A stretch of DNA of 64,000 nucleotides from Clostridiaceae bacterium (lineage in GTDB: Bacteria; Bacillota; Clostridia; Saccharofermentanales; DTU023): positions 568 through 64,567 of the forward strand of contig DUOO01000003.1 of assembly GCA_012838795.1 (NCBI GenBank). Reading direction: 5' to 3'. Below the pieces are notes generated by a model. That model had not been told where the DNA came from and did no database searches. It worked only from the letters and a program-made list of their open reading frames with translations. Below, in pieces: positions 60,735 to 64,000 of this stretch (positions are counted from its first letter, which is position 1; every line of letters starts with the position of its first letter). A program made the translations under genes and the position numbers.

Positions 60735-63554
60735 ATGAAAGAAACTTCTAATACGAACGACAGTTTTCTGGCAGGAGAACATTATCAATTATCAAGAGAA
60801 ACAATAATTGAACGCCTTGAGACCGATCCTGTAACAGGTCTCGACTCAACGGAGGCAGAGCGACGTCAAGCAATTTACGGAGCTAATCAACTGGAAGCTG
60901 AACAAGCAGTTCCGCTCTGGAAAAAAATTCTTGAACAGTTCAAGGATGTAATGATTATAGTTCTGATTATTGCGGCAATTATTTCCGGTGTTTTGGGTGA
61001 GTTAATTGATTCAATCTTAATAATAGCAATCGTTTTGATTAATGCGATTCTCGGCGTTTATCAGGAAGGTAAAGCCGAAAAAGCAATTGAGGCATTGCAA
61101 AAGATGGCGGCACCGGAGGCAAGAGTCTTGCGCAATGGTGAGCAAACCATGATTAAAGCTTCGGATATCGTACCGGGGGATATTGTTGTTTTAGAGGCAG
61201 GAGATATTGTTCCTGCAGATATCCGACTTTTGGAAAGCAGCAATTTACAAGCGGAAGAAGCTTCTTTAACCGGTGAATCTGTTCCGGTCGATAAGAATGC
61301 TGAATTTATCGGAGATGGTGAACTGGGGATCGGCGATCGTTCAAATATGATTTTTTCCAGTACCGCTTTAACTTATGGACATGGTCGAGGAATTGTTCTT
61401 GAAATTGCTGAAAAAACAGAAGTTGGTAAAATAGCCAAGCGCCTTAAAGGCATTGAACAAGAAGCAACCCCTTTACAAAAGAGTTTGAATGATTTGGGGA
61501 AAGTATTGGCAATTATTTGTTTGGCAGTATGCGCGATTGTTTTTGTTGTCGGTTTATTCCAAGGCGGAGATTTATTGGAATTATTTATGACTGCAGTCAG
61601 TTTGGCTGTTGCTGCGATTCCTGAAGGTTTACCGGCAATTGTTACGATCGTATTAGCCTTAGGCATGAACCGCATGGCAAAGAAAAATGCAATTGTAAAA
61701 CGTCTGCTTGCAGTTGAAACCTTAGGCAGCGTTGATACTATTTGTTCGGATAAAACCGGTACACTGACCCAAAATGAAATGACCGTAACGAGACTTTATG
61801 TTGCGGATAAACTTTATGAGGTTTCCGGAACCGGTTATGAACCGCAAGGAGAAATAACCGAATTCAGTTCTGATCAGGTTGTGCAACAAAGCACACCGGA
61901 ATTGACCAGATTGTTGGAAATTGCTGCTCTGTGTAACGAAGCCAGTCTGATTCAGAAAGATGATCAGAGTTGGGCTGTTTTAGGTGATCCGACTGAAGGA
62001 GCCTTGCTTACGCTAAGTGCCAAGTTGAATTTTATACCGGAAGTTCTCAAAGAAAAATATCCCCGTTTAGGTGATCTGCCTTTTGATTCCAGTCGAAAAA
62101 TGATGTCAGTTTTCCATGAAATTGGCGGAGAATATGTATCGTTGACCAAAGGTGCGCCGGATATCGTTTTAGATCGCTGCACTCAAATTATGACTGAAAA
62201 TGGAATTGTTGAGTTATCCGACTTAGCTAAGACAAAGGTATTGGAAGCAAATTCTGCTTTTGCCAATTCTGCACTCAGAGTTTTGTCTTTTGCATATAAA
62301 CTGCATCCGGATCAAGATTTTTTAAATGCGGAACAAGATATGATTTTTGTCGGTCTTTCCGGCATGATCGATCCGGCACGTCCGGAAGCTAAAGATGCGA
62401 TAGCGGTTTGTCATGGTGCCGGTATCAGAGCAGTTATGATTACAGGTGACTATAAAGATACGGCAGTTGCAATAGCAAAAAATCTTAACTTAATGCAAGA
62501 GGGGGATCAGGTATTGACCGGTACAGAACTGGAAAAAATGTCTGATAAGGAATTAGAAGAAGTATGTGACAAAGTAGCAGTATATGCCAGAGTATCTCCC
62601 GAACATAAGGTACGTATAGTTGCAGCATTAAAAGCTAAAGCCCACATTGCGGCAATGACCGGTGACGGAGTGAATGATGCTCCGGCGCTTAAACAATCGG
62701 ATATCGGAGTTGCAATGGGTATTACCGGTACTGAAGTTGCCAAAAGCTCAGCCGATATGATTTTGACTGATGATAATTTTGCAACAATTGTTACTGCAGT
62801 TGAGGAAGGCAGAATAATCTATAGCAATATCAGAAAATTCGTCAGTTTCCTATTATCTTGTAATGTCGGTGAAATTCTGGTTGTATTTATTACCAATTTG
62901 CTTTTGGGACCGCAATTTACACCTTTAGTTCCGATCCAATTATTATGGTTAAATTTGGTTACGGACAGTTTCCCTGCCCTGGCCTTAGGCAGAGAAAAGG
63001 GAGAAAAAGACATTATGTTGCATCCGCCGCGTAAAAGTGATGAGTCGATTATTAATCGAGAAATGATAGCTTCGATAACTACCCAAGCTGTTGCAATTTT
63101 TATTGCAGTATTTTCAGCTTTCCAAATCGGACGTTTCTTATACCCTGATATAATGCTCACAGATCCGACAATTCAAGCAGCATCATATAGTTTTATGGCA
63201 ACAACAGGGTTCGGTCCTTCGCTTGGTGCCAGAACTTATGCATTTATTACCTTGATTTTTGCCGAATTGTTAAGGGCCTTTTCCAGTCGTTCTGAACATT
63301 ATTCAGTATTCCAATTGGGCTTTTTCAGCAATTCGACCATGAACAAATCGGTTCTGATTTCAACAATACTGATGCTGATTGTTGTATATATACCTTTATT
63401 CCAAACTTATTTTCATACGATTGCTTTGAGTGGCAGAGATTGGCTGATAATTGCATGTTTAGCAATTATACCGTTTGTAATCGGTGAAATCTTTAAACTG
63501 ATTTACCACAAAGATACCCGTGCCAAAGCAGATAGAATCAGGCAAAAAAGTTAA
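60735..63554 (+). CDS. Cation (Ca2+-type, P2A) transporting P-type ATPase
   Basis: LTGES, IPEGLP, DKTGT, KGAP, MITGD, TGDGVND, QLLWLNLVTD. Confidence 0.96.
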   Translation: MKETSNTNDSFLAGEHYQLSRETIIERLETDPVTGLDSTEAERRQAIYGANQLEAEQAVPLWKKILEQFKDVMIIVLIIAAIISGVLGELIDSILIIAIVLINAILGVYQEGKAEKAIEALQKMAAPEARVLRNGEQTMIKASDIVPGDIVVLEAGDIVPADIRLLESSNLQAEEASLTGESVPVDKNAEFIGDGELGIGDRSNMIFSSTALTYGHGRGIVLEIAEKTEVGKIAKRLKGIEQEATPLQKSLNDLGKVLAIICLAVCAIVFVVGLFQGGDLLELFMTAVSLAVAAIPEGLPAIVTIVLALGMNRMAKKNAIVKRLLAVETLGSVDTICSDKTGTLTQNEMTVTRLYVADKLYEVSGTGYEPQGEITEFSSDQVVQQSTPELTRLLEIAALCNEASLIQKDDQSWAVLGDPTEGALLTLSAKLNFIPEVLKEKYPRLGDLPFDSSRKMMSVFHEIGGEYVSLTKGAPDIVLDRCTQIMTENGIVELSDLAKTKVLEANSAFANSALRVLSFAYKLHPDQDFLNAEQDMIFVGLSGMIDPARPEAKDAIAVCHGAGIRAVMITGDYKDTAVAIAKNLNLMQEGDQVLTGTELEKMSDKELEEVCDKVAVYARVSPEHKVRIVAALKAKAHIAAMTGDGVNDAPALKQSDIGVAMGITGTEVAKSSADMILTDDNFATIVTAVEEGRIIYSNIRKFVSFLLSCNVGEILVVFITNLLLGPQFTPLVPIQLLWLNLVTDSFPALALGREKGEKDIMLHPPRKSDESIINREMIASITTQAVAIFIAVFSAFQIGRFLYPDIMLTDPTIQAASYSFMATTGFGPSLGARTYAFITLIFAELLRAFSSRSEHYSVFQLGFFSNSTMNKSVLISTILMLIVVYIPLFQTYFHTIALSGRDWLIIACLAIIPFVIGEIFKLIYHKDTRAKADRIRQKS

Positions 63555-63688
63555 CATGGGTGATAATTAAATTATCTTGTAATAAAGAATGTCCATTATC
63601 AAACAGATAAAATCGATTCCGATAATTAATAATCTACATATTATGATAAAATAGTAACTTGTGAAATATTAATATAAGAGGTTGTAAC

Positions 63689-64000
63689 ATGAGAAATAAT
63701 ATTCCGTATAAAACATATCTGAAAGAAAATGAAATTCCCGAATCTTGGTATAATGTCAGAGCTGATATGCAGACTGATCATCGCCCGCTGCTTAATCCTC
63801 AATCCATGCAACCGATAACGGTATCTGATTTGAGTTCGGTTTTTTGCGAAGAGTTGGCGAAACAGGAATTGAATGCAACTGATCGCTATATCCCGATTCC
63901 GGAGGAAATTCGAAATTTCTATAAAATGTTCAGACCGTCTCCATTGATTAGAGCATATTTCTTGGAAGAGGCTTTGGATACTCCTGCAGAAATTTATTAT
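63689..64000 (+). CDS. TrpB-like PLP-dependent enzyme (TrpB2), truncated by the window end
   Basis: Not in the ORF track; translates MRNNIPYKTYLKENEIPESWYNVRADM...ELAKQE...IPIPEEI...RPSPLIRAYFLEEALDTPAEIYY; GAGG SD. Confidence 0.88.
   Translation, partial: MRNNIPYKTYLKENEIPESWYNVRADMQTDHRPLLNPQSMQPITVSDLSSVFCEELAKQELNATDRYIPIPEEIRNFYKMFRPSPLIRAYFLEEALDTPAEIYY

Overview
AT-rich chromosomal window from a Bacillota (Clostridia-like) bacterium; the taxon is inferred from gene content and SD/promoter style only. 1-17 kb is an accessory region: etfA, then a visibly GC-richer block (Mop-type molybdenum aldehyde oxidoreductase, cysteine desulfurase, ThiF/MoeB, MoaD-like sulfur carrier, NifX-like gene), a PucR-family regulator bracketed by a perfect 27-bp inverted repeat, an AAA+/DUF4143 ATPase inside a 97-bp direct repeat, an orphan, a GNAT, and a vWA-lipoprotein/XpaC/solute-binding/TelA operon. 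17-64 kb is mostly housekeeping: dtd, yihY, ruvCAB, queH, rqcH, two prs paralogs, engB, comEC, holA, asnS, radC-mreC-mreD-pbp2 (no mreB/minCDE/rodA), mgsA-like, pheST, three Tad-type minor pilin genes, secA, GH13-like, tkt, YhaO/YhaN-like, HlyC/CorC, P-type ATPase and a partial trpB2. Best leads: (1) a TadE pilin fused to an apparently inactivated CdiA-type DNase domain (candidate DNA receptor of a Tad competence pilus); (2) a dispersed palindromic repeat family (two arrays of three units) whose loops and linkers vary only in 10-11 bp steps; (3) several full-length proteins that lack catalytic residues (one Prs paralog, MgsA, GH13); (4) a possible invertible or excisable regulator cassette. 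No rRNA, tRNA, CRISPR array, transposase or integrase was seen. All family assignments come from motifs read by eye; no searches were run.
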